From the IMG/VR virus record IMGVR_UViG_3300027861_000012, positions 32,380-96,379 of that record: 64,000 bases of DNA. The stretch is one strand, 5' to 3'. This document shows positions 9,367-19,505 of this stretch, piece by piece. The DNA is from a virus. Its lineage: Duplodnaviria > Heunggongvirae > Uroviricota > Caudoviricetes. Position numbers and translations under genes: made by a program. The notes under the pieces are model-generated. The model had not been told where the DNA came from. It made no database searches and was given only the letters and a program-made list of their open reading frames with translations. Each line of letters opens with the position of its first letter. Within the stretch, counting starts at the first letter, position 1.

Positions 9367-10019
9367 GCTTTCTTTCCTCCATGTCGGTACGGTCGTGTCT
9401 TGTTGTAAGCCAGCTTGACTTCCAGAGCCTTTTCAAGCGGTACATCAAAATCTTCACAGAGTGCTGCCGTCGCTATGAATATCTCGGCAAAATGTCCCGC
9501 CAGAATTCGGGTGTCTTCGACACCACTGACACGGTAGGCTTCCATGGCATGGCTAATCGGGGTGATGATGTCCAGCAGGCCATCTTGTAAATTGCCCCGT
9601 ACCCACTCCTCGTCCTGTCCCTCACCCACGACAGCAAACGACCGGCCCATCAACAACTCGATGGGTACAAATCGAGCCACCGGCTCGTTGTCTATCTCAC
9701 GATAAACCTTATCCCAGCTTAGGAGACTCTTCAATGCTTCTACCAGTGGGAGTTCGTATCGCCCCACAGTGTCGGCGGCTCGAATCAACAAGTCAGCAAA
9801 TTCGACAGCCAAGCCTTCTGGCTTCTGAGTATCCGGGTTGATGGTTATCCACTGGGCTGGGTTGGGGATGCCATCATCACTGATTTCTTCCCAGACTTCG
9901 GTGATCTCAGTAATGAACAGCATCAGCATTTCACCAAAGTTGCGGTCCCAATCTTCCCACCAACCCTTTTCCACTGCGGTGCCATGGGATTCTTGAATCA
10001 GTTGTGTAATAGTCAGCAT
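9363..10019 (-). CDS. MazG-like nucleoside triphosphate pyrophosphohydrolase (tentative)
   Basis: EExxE-type motifs (EITEVWEEISDD; AVEFADLLIRAADT) resemble MazG/HisE all-alpha NTP-PPase. 218 aa. Confidence 0.4.
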   Translation of the reverse strand: MLTITQLIQESHGTAVEKGWWEDWDRNFGEMLMLFITEITEVWEEISDDGIPNPAQWITINPDTQKPEGLAVEFADLLIRAADTVGRYELPLVEALKSLLSWDKVYREIDNEPVARFVPIELLMGRSFAVVGEGQDEEWVRGNLQDGLLDIITPISHAMEAYRVSGVEDTRILAGHFAEIFIATAALCEDFDVPLEKALEVKLAYNKTRPYRHGGKKA

Positions 10020-10031
10020 GTGTATCTCCTG

Positions 10032-12665
10032 TTAGCTACAGCCCATTGATGTTCCACAGTTGTAACACAGATAGCATGACCCACTGCGAACTGTCATGCT
10101 GCCACACTGATCACAAATCGGCGTGGCTTCTTGATCGGTCGTTTCAGAAGTGGTCGTGGCAACTTCTGAAATTTGGAATCGCAATTGCATCCACCGAAAG
10201 ATGAAGTCCACAATTGATTTTGCCATCTTGATGTCCGCATCCTTCGTGAAGCCCATCGGCTCAAACTGCATGTAGGCAAACTTGTCCACAAACGTAGTCA
10301 TCGGGACACCATGTTGGAAGCCCAGAGACACAGCGATACTGAATGCATCCATCATCCCACTAATAGTGCTTCCCTCTTTTGACATGGCAATGAAAAGCTC
10401 CCCAGGTGTGCCATCGGGATACAGACCCACGGTGACATAACCTTCATGTCCGCTGATCGAAATCTTTTTCGTGACGGACTTCCGTTCATCCGGGAGCGGT
10501 CGGCGAACTTGTTTAGGCGGGGATTGACTCGCACCCTTTTTGTCCAACGCCGTGTTCAGTGGTTGGTGGCTCTTAGAACCATCTCTGTAAAGAGTAACAG
10601 ACTTGAGTCCGAGTCGCCATGCCTTGATAATGGCGTCCTCAAAGTCCTGCACTGTCGCCGATGCAGGCATGTTGATTGTCTTAGAAATCGCACCACTAAG
10701 GAATGGCTGTGCTGCCGCCAACATCTTCAAATGGGCGCTAGCGGCAATACTTCTGGAGCTACCCTGTGGAGCTAAGGCTGTGTCGAATACTGACAAATGA
10801 TCCGGCTTCAACAGGGAACCTTCAAAGGTACCCTTCTCTTCGACCCAAGCCATGAGAGTATCGATATCGTCCTCTGCGTAGCCCAGGAAACGAAGGGCCT
10901 TCGGGACACTCTTGTTGACCATCTTTAGGGTGCCACCACCAGCCAGCCTCTTGTATTTCATCAGAGCCAAATCAGGTTCGATACCAAACGTGGAACAATC
11001 CATCATGAATGAAATGGTGCCCGTTGGAGCGAGCACGGTGGTTTGAGCATTACGGTACCCATGTAGATCACCGTGTGTCCGCGCGTGTTTCCAAACGATA
11101 TGGGCCGCTTCAGCGAGATATGCTGGCATTGGCATTCGCCCTAAAGCTGCATAATGCTCACTCATTACCTCAAGCATCGGAGTACGGTTCAACTCAAAGT
11201 CCTCGAATGGACTCAGGTGTTCGGCAATCTCGGCACTGGCTGCATAAGCAGTCCCAGTTATGATAGCAGTGATGCCAGCACATATGCTTCTACCAAGCTC
11301 TGAATCATACGCAACCCCGTTGGACATGACAAAGCTACCCAAATTTGAGTACCCAAGTCCCAAAGCCCGGTGTCGATGACTGGTCTGTGCGATCTTAGCA
11401 GACGGATAGCTAGCTCTATCCACCATGATATCCTGTGTTATCAAAGCGATACGAGCCGCAGCCTGAAACAACGAAACATTCAGTGAGCCATCTTGCTGTC
11501 GAAACTTCATCAGATTCAAACTGGCAAGGTTACATGCCGAATTGTCTAGGTAATTGTACTCACCACATGGGTTGCTGGCATTGATTCTACCAGACACCGG
11601 GCAAGTATGCCACTTATTCAAAGCTGTATCGAACTGCACTCCGGGGTCGCCACACTCCCATGCTGCTTCGGCAATGGCACGTAGTATCGCCCGCGCTTTA
11701 TGGTGAGGCCCACTCACGGCCGAATCGGTGACCCACCGAGTATACCAATCTCCATCTTTGTTCACTTGAATCATGAACTCATCCGAGAGTCGAACAGATA
11801 GGTTAGCATTCTGGTACAGCACCGACATGTAGGCATCCTGCGGTGAATACCCCTTGCCCACCAGTGTAGCTGCCTTGGCTTCTTCGCGGGCCTTGCACTG
11901 AATGAACTGCATCAGGTCCGGATGCGAATCCTTGATGCTAAACAATAGGGCTGCCCGCCGGGTCTTGCCACCACTTTTGACTACCTCTGCAACCATGTTG
12001 TAGATACGAGCAAAGCTCAGAGGACCAGAAGCACGACCGCCACCGGACAGCTTCTCGCATGAACCACGCAGTGTTGAAAGATCAGCACCTACGCCGGAGC
12101 CAAACTTGAACAGCATGGCTTCATCCGTTGCAAACCGCATGATGTCTTCCATGTTGTCAGCCACGCTCTGGATGAAACATGCAGAGACCTGGGGTTCTTC
12201 ATGGGGGTTCTGAACAGGGAGAATCTCGCCATCGTTCCAAGTGAAACCACAAGGGGTGCCGGTGACACCATATTCCTGCCATATACCAACATTGAACCAG
12301 ACTGGTGAATTGAAGGCCATGTGTTGGTGGAGACAAAGCCAGGTAAGTTCACGGTAAAATACTTCACCGTTCTCTTTGTCGAAGTACCCATCTTCAATAC
12401 CCCAGTCGGTAACAGTCTTGGTAACCCGATGAATCAGTTGTCGGATGCTGGTTTCCCGCTCATCCGTGTCCTGCTCACCATAGAAGTATTTACTGGCCAC
12501 AATGTTGAGGGCAGTTTGTGACCAAGACACCGGTACGTCTATGTCAGTTTGGCTGAAGATGACTTCATCACCTTCACCAATAATACTCGCATTTCGTTTG
12601 TCCCAGTCCACGCTTTCAAACGGGTCCATCTCGTCACAAAAGAGTGGTGTTATTTCCATACTCAT
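10032..12665 (-). CDS. nrdJ: ribonucleotide reductase, class II (adenosylcobalamin-dependent)
   Basis: Catalytic NPCGEYNYLDNSACNLASLNL motif and the C-terminal Cys cluster CDQCGSMTVRSGSCYLCYNCG typical of NrdJ. 877 aa. Confidence 0.85.
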   Translation of the reverse strand: MSMEITPLFCDEMDPFESVDWDKRNASIIGEGDEVIFSQTDIDVPVSWSQTALNIVASKYFYGEQDTDERETSIRQLIHRVTKTVTDWGIEDGYFDKENGEVFYRELTWLCLHQHMAFNSPVWFNVGIWQEYGVTGTPCGFTWNDGEILPVQNPHEEPQVSACFIQSVADNMEDIMRFATDEAMLFKFGSGVGADLSTLRGSCEKLSGGGRASGPLSFARIYNMVAEVVKSGGKTRRAALLFSIKDSHPDLMQFIQCKAREEAKAATLVGKGYSPQDAYMSVLYQNANLSVRLSDEFMIQVNKDGDWYTRWVTDSAVSGPHHKARAILRAIAEAAWECGDPGVQFDTALNKWHTCPVSGRINASNPCGEYNYLDNSACNLASLNLMKFRQQDGSLNVSLFQAAARIALITQDIMVDRASYPSAKIAQTSHRHRALGLGYSNLGSFVMSNGVAYDSELGRSICAGITAIITGTAYAASAEIAEHLSPFEDFELNRTPMLEVMSEHYAALGRMPMPAYLAEAAHIVWKHARTHGDLHGYRNAQTTVLAPTGTISFMMDCSTFGIEPDLALMKYKRLAGGGTLKMVNKSVPKALRFLGYAEDDIDTLMAWVEEKGTFEGSLLKPDHLSVFDTALAPQGSSRSIAASAHLKMLAAAQPFLSGAISKTINMPASATVQDFEDAIIKAWRLGLKSVTLYRDGSKSHQPLNTALDKKGASQSPPKQVRRPLPDERKSVTKKISISGHEGYVTVGLYPDGTPGELFIAMSKEGSTISGMMDAFSIAVSLGFQHGVPMTTFVDKFAYMQFEPMGFTKDADIKMAKSIVDFIFRWMQLRFQISEVATTTSETTDQEATPICDQCGSMTVRSGSCYLCYNCGTSMGCS

Positions 12666-13378
12666 GCTTCATCCGTCTCCAAAAGGTCAGCGAATAGTGA
12701 GGGTGCTCGTTCGACAAACACGTCCAGGATGCTCCGAAAGATGCCGCGAATCTGCCACTGGGCTCGTGGGTTCAAGGCACGTTCCTTGAAAACATGTCGC
12801 CACATACTGATATTGAAGGTTGAAACAACTTCAGTCTTGGTACAATTGCCCAATACTTCACGGGCATCTTCTGGTTTGATCCCGCGTTCACGATACTGCA
12901 TGTACAAATCATAGTCCTGCCAAGCCTTGTACATGAACCACTTCTGTTCTATCGTAGTAGGATCAGGGTAACAGAACAATGATCCATTGACACCATTGCG
13001 CTCCACTGTGTATTCCCCTGCGGGAACACCAATACTAGGTGGGCAAATGATCTGAAAGCCCTTCTTGCCATAGTCACAGTACCGCTGTGATTCTTGGCTA
13101 TATGCCGCAATCCGATGCCGAACCAACTGGTGGCTGCATGAGCGGCTACAGATGATATTTGCTGTCAAGATTGCGTGCTCAACCACACTCTGGTGTGGCG
13201 GCTTGCGACTGAGCAAACCCCGACAGAATTTGGTGGCCGAGTCAGCGGTGATCTTGTCTTCCGACTTGTAGCACTTGCGACCGGCCCATTCACAGGCTCG
13301 TTCCAACTGTGCAAAGTTGTTATACGGACTCAACTCAAATCCGGGTTCCACCACGGTAATCGTATGTGCATCTGGCAA
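12662..13378 (-). CDS. thyX: flavin-dependent thymidylate synthase
   Basis: ThyX signature RHRxxxxxxxSxR present as RHRIAAYSQESQRY. 238 aa. Confidence 0.85.
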   Translation of the reverse strand: MPDAHTITVVEPGFELSPYNNFAQLERACEWAGRKCYKSEDKITADSATKFCRGLLSRKPPHQSVVEHAILTANIICSRSCSHQLVRHRIAAYSQESQRYCDYGKKGFQIICPPSIGVPAGEYTVERNGVNGSLFCYPDPTTIEQKWFMYKAWQDYDLYMQYRERGIKPEDAREVLGNCTKTEVVSTFNISMWRHVFKERALNPRAQWQIRGIFRSILDVFVERAPSLFADLLETDEA

Positions 13379-13389
13379 AGTAGTGCTCC

Positions 13390-14289
13390 TTAACGAGGGA
13401 TAATGATTTCAGGCAAACTCCAGATGATGTAGTCTGGGGGAACGTCCTGTGCAACAATCAGATTGATGAAGTCATAAGCGAAATTGCAGATTGCCTCCAT
13501 CCCACGATAGTTCAGTGTGTCAGGTTTGTCGGTGGTCTTGTGGTAAGTACCAAAGTCCGTACCAGTATGCAGAAAGGCCACCGGCACCCCGCCGTTATCA
13601 AATGAAACTTGATCGCTACCCGAGTTGCGTTTGAATGTGATCGACTTGGCAAACGGGTATTTCGGGAACAATGTCTCAAGAAGAGAATCGACATCAACAT
13701 CGGTGGCATACTTCTTCTTTAGGTGGCCGATCATATCGATGTTCAACATGACGATATGCTGATCAATATCTGGGTCACCGACTGGAAGTGTTGGGTTCTT
13801 CACGTAATACTTTGATCCAACCAAATAGGGGTTGATCTCCTCACCTGTGTACCACTGAAATGCAATGGTAAAGGCGGGTTGCGTACCGGCTGCGAATCGC
13901 TTTGCCAACCCAAGCACTGCTGCGGAGCCCGAGGCATTGTCATCCGCACCTGGATACACGCGACGATTCCTCACGCCAATATGATCCAGATGAGCACCGA
14001 TCACCACAACCTGTGTGGGGTCGCTGCCTTCGATCCAAGCAATGACGTTCTGGCACTTACCCCTCGGGGTGGGCACCGTCTGGCGTTGAACCTGAAGTCC
14101 AGCTTCCTGGCACCGAGCCACGATCCAATCTTGAGCTTTCTGGATGTCTTTCGTGGCCGTCGCCCGACCACGTAATTCTTGTGAAGCGAGATATTCGACC
14201 GTAGAACGGAGTTCCTCCGCTGTCTGGGCATGGGTCAACGAACAGATGCCCATCACAACTATAATCAATAGGGATCGCAGCCATTTCAT
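13390..14289 (-). CDS. secreted M28-family zinc peptidase (aminopeptidase-like)
   Basis: Signal peptide MKWLRSLLIIVVMGICSLTHAQTA. M28 metal-ligand motifs HLDHIG, GADDNASGSAAVL, GEE and NIDMIGH. Confidence 0.7.
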   Translation of the reverse strand: MKWLRSLLIIVVMGICSLTHAQTAEELRSTVEYLASQELRGRATATKDIQKAQDWIVARCQEAGLQVQRQTVPTPRGKCQNVIAWIEGSDPTQVVVIGAHLDHIGVRNRRVYPGADDNASGSAAVLGLAKRFAAGTQPAFTIAFQWYTGEEINPYLVGSKYYVKNPTLPVGDPDIDQHIVMLNIDMIGHLKKKYATDVDVDSLLETLFPKYPFAKSITFKRNSGSDQVSFDNGGVPVAFLHTGTDFGTYHKTTDKPDTLNYRGMEAICNFAYDFINLIVAQDVPPDYIIWSLPEIIIPR

Positions 14290-14681
14290 TTAGTCTCCCC
14301 CGTGCCCTCAAGTGTCTTCTGCAAGCGATGGAAGTCCCGGCGAGCCACCACATCTGTGTTTGCCTGAATCTTCTGTAAAGCTGTCATCAGCAAAGGTGAC
14401 TCTTCAAATTTGAGTCGTGCTGCCAACGCATCAGCAACGGCCGCTGACTCATCCCGCTGGAGGATAAGCTGCCCACCATGATAGTGGGCGGCCTGGATGA
14501 TCCCAGCGATGTACTTGGCAACGTTCTCCGCAATGGGCTCACCAGGTTCGACACTAGGGAGAATTTCTCCACTGTGCAAATCCATGGCCTCATAGAGGAC
14601 TTCATCACCCTCAAGTCGTCGCATCAACAAGATGTGGCGCTTGTCTTCAGTTTTGCAAACTCGTCCTGTGGTAGCAATCAT
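14286..14681 (-). CDS. hypothetical protein
   Basis: 131-aa ORF, overlaps neighbours by 4 nt. Confidence 0.45.
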   Translation of the reverse strand: MIATTGRVCKTEDKRHILLMRRLEGDEVLYEAMDLHSGEILPSVEPGEPIAENVAKYIAGIIQAAHYHGGQLILQRDESAAVADALAARLKFEESPLLMTALQKIQANTDVVARRDFHRLQKTLEGTGETK

Positions 14682-14727
14682 CGTGGTCTCCTTTATGGCC
14701 GGTAGGCTTTGAGGTACATGGGGTTCC

Positions 14728-15192
14728 TTAGCTCTGTGGAATGTTCGGGCGCACTGCGTCGTGGTCTCGCGTAGGCTTGATGGCGTGCTTATGGGACACT
14801 GCTTTTAGCAGCATTTCGGTTGTAAAGATCCCTATGGTCTTCGCAAGTAGGGCAGGCAGCGTAGTTGATTGCCAGCCTGCGCCGGTTTCCAAATCAACCC
14901 CAGCCCATACAGGTGATGGTGTCGGTGTATAAGATGTAATGAAACCGACATTGCCATTATCGTTCTGGGCGACCTTCCCTACAAACCAACGGCCGAGTTG
15001 CACCTCGTTTGATTTCCCCACAATGTATTCGCGGTAGGTATCGGCCAACACCGAAGTAAGCTGACCTTCTGTACCGGCCAGTGGAGCACCCGTATTGACA
15101 TTGAATCCTGAAACATCCGGGGTACTGTGCCCGGTGACCAGAACATCTTGGCCAGCAACCCGAACAACAGCACCAACTCCTAGTGTAGGCAT
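14728..15192 (-). CDS. hypothetical protein
   Basis: 154-aa ORF. Confidence 0.45.
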   Translation of the reverse strand: MPTLGVGAVVRVAGQDVLVTGHSTPDVSGFNVNTGAPLAGTEGQLTSVLADTYREYIVGKSNEVQLGRWFVGKVAQNDNGNVGFITSYTPTPSPVWAGVDLETGAGWQSTTLPALLAKTIGIFTTEMLLKAVSHKHAIKPTRDHDAVRPNIPQS

Positions 15193-15195
15193 GAT

Positions 15196-15387
15196 TTATT
15201 CCTCGTTGTTTTCGTCATCAGACGGGTCACCGATCCAAGCTGCCACTATGGCCATGGCGAAAAGGAACACATCTACAATAGCAATACGTTGCACCATGGG
15301 TATCCAACCATTAGCAATGAATCCCATGCCCACAGCCAGGAGGCCGCAGACCAAAAGAAACACCAGAAATCCGAACAGTTCTTTCAT
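15196..15387 (-). CDS. small membrane protein
   Basis: 63 aa with two hydrophobic helices and an acidic C-terminus. Confidence 0.3.
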   Translation of the reverse strand: MKELFGFLVFLLVCGLLAVGMGFIANGWIPMVQRIAIVDVFLFAMAIVAAWIGDPSDDENNEE

Positions 15388-15911
15388 GCAAACATCTCCC
15401 CTAGTATGTCAAATGAGAACGGACCCATACGCCCGAGACGTTTCATGGCGTTATCAACCCCGGCATCTTTGGATCGTCGTCCTGGATACATCTTGTCTAG
15501 TGTCTCTTCTTGAAGACTATGGCAGTGACCATACAGGTGCCATGCGCCCTTGAGGTGGCCCGGCCACACCGCCAATGGGTAGTGGCAAAGGGTAATTCTT
15601 TGTCCCCGTACCTTGATTTCGTTGAACTGATGGCATGTGCTAAAGTGTTTCCCGGCCGAGTTTGGATCATGGTTACCTTGGATCAAATGGACTTCCCGGC
15701 AATTGATCTGTTCTCGGTAGTGTCCTACGTTGGTGGCACCCCAGCAAAAGTCTCCCAGTATGTACAACACATCTTTGGCATCCACACAATCGTTAATCTG
15801 GTCGATCAAATGAAGGTCCATGGTCTCAGCACAGGTAAATGGCCGATGGCAATGTCTGATGATAAAGCCATGTCCCAAATGCAAGTCGGCGGTAAACCAG
15901 TGCTGCTTCAT
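15384..15911 (-). CDS. metallophosphoesterase (calcineurin-like, lambda-PPase-type)
   Basis: Motifs FTADLHLGH, ILGDF, GNHD and GHCH. 175 aa. Confidence 0.7.
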   Translation of the reverse strand: MKQHWFTADLHLGHGFIIRHCHRPFTCAETMDLHLIDQINDCVDAKDVLYILGDFCWGATNVGHYREQINCREVHLIQGNHDPNSAGKHFSTCHQFNEIKVRGQRITLCHYPLAVWPGHLKGAWHLYGHCHSLQEETLDKMYPGRRSKDAGVDNAMKRLGRMGPFSFDILGEMFA

Positions 15912-16234
15912 GTAATCGGCATCTGCTCAAACACATCTTCTGGACTCGCCAGTTGTTCGTCTCCAAGGATTAGTTGCTCGCATACTTTTCCATAGAGTTC
16001 GTAGACAATCTCTGTAGTCAGGATACCATTTGGTAGTGGTATCGAACGGGTAACGGAGCCTACCGTGATTCGCAAAGCCCAGCCGCCAGTAGTCTCCCAA
16101 AAGATGGCACAACGTCCATCGTGATCTTCGATGAAACTCGTAACGTCTCGCGGTAGTGCGCTTATTCTGTTCATACCAATCCAAACCAAGGTGCAAACCA
16201 ATCGAAAGCATGTCCGCCTAACCAGGCCAGCCAA
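15908..16234 (-). CDS. hypothetical protein
   Basis: 108-aa ORF. Confidence 0.4.
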   Translation of the reverse strand: MAGLVRRTCFRLVCTLVWIGMNRISALPRDVTSFIEDHDGRCAIFWETTGGWALRITVGSVTRSIPLPNGILTTEIVYELYGKVCEQLILGDEQLASPEDVFEQMPIT

Positions 16235-16328
16235 CAGCCAAAGAAAACTGACCCAATCACGATTAAGGGAATGACCACGATCCCAGCCAACATGGCTAAG
16301 ATAACATCGGAAGTCTTCGGTCTCTTGT

Positions 16329-18311
16329 TCATGCGGTTGCCTCTTCCTCTTCCTCTTCCTCGTTCCAAATCAGGGTGCCATCTTCACCAAGAGTCATAAG
16401 CTCCAGGCGACGGTTGGCAGCCAGCACGTCTCTGATATGTTCGTCATACGGGAGATGGAACAAGTCCACAATTGTTGCGCCAAGATTCGCATCCATACCC
16501 TTACGGTGGATACGATCTTCAGCTTGACGCCGTGATGATGGATCAAAATCGTTTGACCAGAATACAGCCATACGGGCTTCTGTCAAGGTCAAGGCCATAC
16601 CACCGGACTTCGGGTGAGCCACGAACGCAACTCGTCTTATGCCTTTGACATTGGCCCAATAATCCAACGGTTTGACATCACGAATTACAACCCGCTTCTT
16701 GGTTTCAGGGTCATACCTGTATATGAGCCACCCTCGACCATCAACACGAACCACGTCCCACTGTTTCTTCAAACAGAGATTTGTGACACGATCCACCGAA
16801 CCGGTGAATCCTGCAAAGATGACGATACGGCCTTGTTCGTCATTTTCATCCAGTAGCATTGAGAGCTTGTCTTCTTTGGGGCACGGGAGTTCGTAAGTCT
16901 TCCGCGTGAACTTGGGGACTTCCTTGGAACCCTTGCATGTGGGGCATGTGATCTTATGCTTGAGCAACGTGGCCACATACTCTGGGTCAAGAAGTTCCAC
17001 AGCTTGGAAGTGATGGTTATCATCATTGGGATCATACCACTCGTCGATCTCACCTGTGGCCTTGCAAGCCTTGCATGGCTGCTTACCGTCCTTAACCTCA
17101 CGGTATTGGAATCCATCGCTAAGCTCACGCAACCAAGTCAGGCCGGAAATGACATTGGGTGCCGACTTGACGATAATCTTTGCCACATTGGCAACCGCTT
17201 TTGTCATCTCGCATCGTTCGACACGATACCGCTTCTCTGGCAACTGGATGCAATCCTCTTTGTGCAGAACCACAACTAGACCTTTGAGGCGTTCTGCCAA
17301 GAAGGCAACTTCGTTCTTGCTCTTGGAATAGGCATGGTATTCGTCGCCGTCAGCAATCGCCAACAGTTTGTCGTGTGGCCCGTCGTCATAAAACTCGCCG
17401 CATGTCGCACACCGATTCTCATCGTCTCGCCAGGCCACCAAGTCCAGATAGTGTCCGCCGTCATGGTTACTGCATTTTTCCAAGAACGCCAGACGTGCTT
17501 TGAAGGCATTATGGTTGCCCTCTTTGATGAAGCCTGGATAACAAATCTCAGCCTGTGACCACCAGTCCAGGGGTGATTTCGGAGATGGCGTACCTGACAT
17601 GAGAATGATGTAGCTATCTGTGCCCCAATCGGCCATCATACCCTCTGTCAAGTCACGGGCATACCGTGAGCGTTGGCTGGTCGGTCCCTTGAGGAGGGAA
17701 GACTCATCGTAGATAATACCCTGGGGCGCATTGTCGCCAGTAGTCCAGTTGGTCATGGTTTTGACGAGCTTCTCGTAGGTCATCATCTCTACGTTGACAC
17801 CGGCTGCAAGCTCCCACTTTGTGAATTCGCGGTCAACCGCTTTGAGACCAGATTTGGGCCCAACCCACCACCAATTCTGCACACCAGATTGTTCCATGAT
17901 CTCCATAGCTGACAGTGTTTTACCAAGACCCATTTCGGCAGCAAGGATCTGGTAATGATAAGTGAGCCCACAGTTTGCCATGAGAATCTGATGGTCCATC
18001 AATGGACGCTGATAGCTCCATTCCTTCAGTGGTTGATCAAACCATTCATACGGATTCTGGCCCTTCATCAATTCCAACTGGAAGCGATTTCGGCGACAGT
18101 CGGCGACTGACCAAACCTTCCTAGAAGGCGTCTCGAAGCCATGCCACTTTGAACCTTTCATGGCCTTGATGTCATCCTTGGCATCAAAGGGTGATTTCAA
18201 GAACTCAATGCGATTATCTCGGAATGCAAGGGATGCAGGGCGATAAACCTTATTGCCCTTCCTGGTTTTCACAATGATCTGAGTGTGTTCAAGTTCCATT
18301 AGTATTCCCAT
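16329..18311 (-). CDS. SNF2-family DNA-dependent ATPase/helicase with inserted zinc-finger region
   Basis: Motif I AAEMGLGKT, DESS (DEAH-like) box, SGTP, C-terminal helicase lobe with QAEDRIHR (motif VI). Multiple CxxC pairs lie between the lobes. Confidence 0.8.
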   Translation of the reverse strand: MGILMELEHTQIIVKTRKGNKVYRPASLAFRDNRIEFLKSPFDAKDDIKAMKGSKWHGFETPSRKVWSVADCRRNRFQLELMKGQNPYEWFDQPLKEWSYQRPLMDHQILMANCGLTYHYQILAAEMGLGKTLSAMEIMEQSGVQNWWWVGPKSGLKAVDREFTKWELAAGVNVEMMTYEKLVKTMTNWTTGDNAPQGIIYDESSLLKGPTSQRSRYARDLTEGMMADWGTDSYIILMSGTPSPKSPLDWWSQAEICYPGFIKEGNHNAFKARLAFLEKCSNHDGGHYLDLVAWRDDENRCATCGEFYDDGPHDKLLAIADGDEYHAYSKSKNEVAFLAERLKGLVVVLHKEDCIQLPEKRYRVERCEMTKAVANVAKIIVKSAPNVISGLTWLRELSDGFQYREVKDGKQPCKACKATGEIDEWYDPNDDNHHFQAVELLDPEYVATLLKHKITCPTCKGSKEVPKFTRKTYELPCPKEDKLSMLLDENDEQGRIVIFAGFTGSVDRVTNLCLKKQWDVVRVDGRGWLIYRYDPETKKRVVIRDVKPLDYWANVKGIRRVAFVAHPKSGGMALTLTEARMAVFWSNDFDPSSRRQAEDRIHRKGMDANLGATIVDLFHLPYDEHIRDVLAANRRLELMTLGEDGTLIWNEEEEEEEATA

Positions 18312-18535
18312 ACCCCATGTTCAAGGAGTTTTTCGTTATGGTCAAAGTGCCAGCACATGTAGCCCTTATCGTCCCCACCGCGCGGTGTCTGCCCGATCAG
18401 CACATCTGTGTTGCCACGAGCCGTATCCGTCAAGTAGACTCGTGAAGTCAATAGCATGTCTTCGCCAGACTCGACGCTTATTCTCGTGAAGCCCATGTTG
18501 TGTAGAGCATCTAGGAAGAGTTGTAAGTCAGTCAC
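18299..18535 (-). CDS. hypothetical protein
   Basis: 78-aa ORF. Confidence 0.35.
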   Translation of the reverse strand: MTDLQLFLDALHNMGFTRISVESGEDMLLTSRVYLTDTARGNTDVLIGQTPRGGDDKGYMCWHFDHNEKLLEHGVWEY

Positions 18536-19062
18536 GCATCTGGCCCCTCAAGTAAGAAAGTATGATCTGGTAGTTCGCGTCGAGTGAGTTGTCCAAAAAA
18601 CGCTTTCAGTCCAATCTTTGTGAACGCCATGTAGACCTTATCGAAGCATTCCCGAACTGCCTGTGATGTATTGGTTTGGCATCCAAGCCGGACTGCTGTG
18701 CGCCATGTTCGTAGCGACCCGGTGACCAAAGCTGCCTGCATCCCGCGCATCATGGTTTCCACTACAACAAATGGCATTCCATGTGTTGCCTCCAAGATTT
18801 CCTGCATATCACGCTCATCGGCCATCAACAGGAATCCGTAATGCAACATCTCAAGATAAGGCATTGATTCTGCAACAGTCGCCTCGGCTTCTTTGTGCTT
18901 GAAGGCCGCAATACAGGCCAGGTGGTGTGCATCCGGAGCCAATGATGGTTGTTTCTGGTCGGCCGCCCGTGCAATGGCGTACCCCAGCATCTTCTTAGTA
19001 TAACCTAAGAAGACTCGGTTGTCTACCTGCGGAGTTTGAATCATCACAGCTTCACAGTTCAT
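18532..19062 (-). CDS. hypothetical protein
   Basis: 176-aa ORF. Confidence 0.45.
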   Translation of the reverse strand: MNCEAVMIQTPQVDNRVFLGYTKKMLGYAIARAADQKQPSLAPDAHHLACIAAFKHKEAEATVAESMPYLEMLHYGFLLMADERDMQEILEATHGMPFVVVETMMRGMQAALVTGSLRTWRTAVRLGCQTNTSQAVRECFDKVYMAFTKIGLKAFFGQLTRRELPDHTFLLEGPDA

Positions 19063-19505
19063 TGATCGCCCCTCCAGTCACAACCATGTCCAATTGACTG
19101 ACCCGGTACAAGACAGCCGTTGTCTTCCAAGAACTTAGCAGCCCCGCCACAAACCACAGCCGTATTACCATCCTTCATTTCGTATTCCATCAAGGAAGAT
19201 GCCTTTGTCAAGCCATGGCAACAGGCACAACAGCTACTCATGTGATACCCGTACTCACCAAGTTGATGACAGTACAGACGTGTTCCGGGTGTTTTGTATG
19301 GTGCTTCAATACCATGACCACAGCAGGCACTCACAATACCGGGGATACGACCTAAGCAGGCGTCGTGTCCGTCCTCGGTTGGCATCCTGCCACAACGCAC
19401 ACATGGGCGTACCTCAGTGACTAATGCACCGTCATCAACATATCGCCAGGCACCACCCTGGTACGTCAATTGTTGCCCGCGTTGATAGGAGATTGCTGGC
19501 ATCAA
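19059..19505 (-). CDS. cysteine-rich hypothetical protein
   Basis: 148 aa with about 16 Cys, including CVRCG, CCGHG and CCACCHG clusters. Confidence 0.45.
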   Translation of the reverse strand: MMPAISYQRGQQLTYQGGAWRYVDDGALVTEVRPCVRCGRMPTEDGHDACLGRIPGIVSACCGHGIEAPYKTPGTRLYCHQLGEYGYHMSSCCACCHGLTKASSLMEYEMKDGNTAVVCGGAAKFLEDNGCLVPGQSIGHGCDWRGDQ

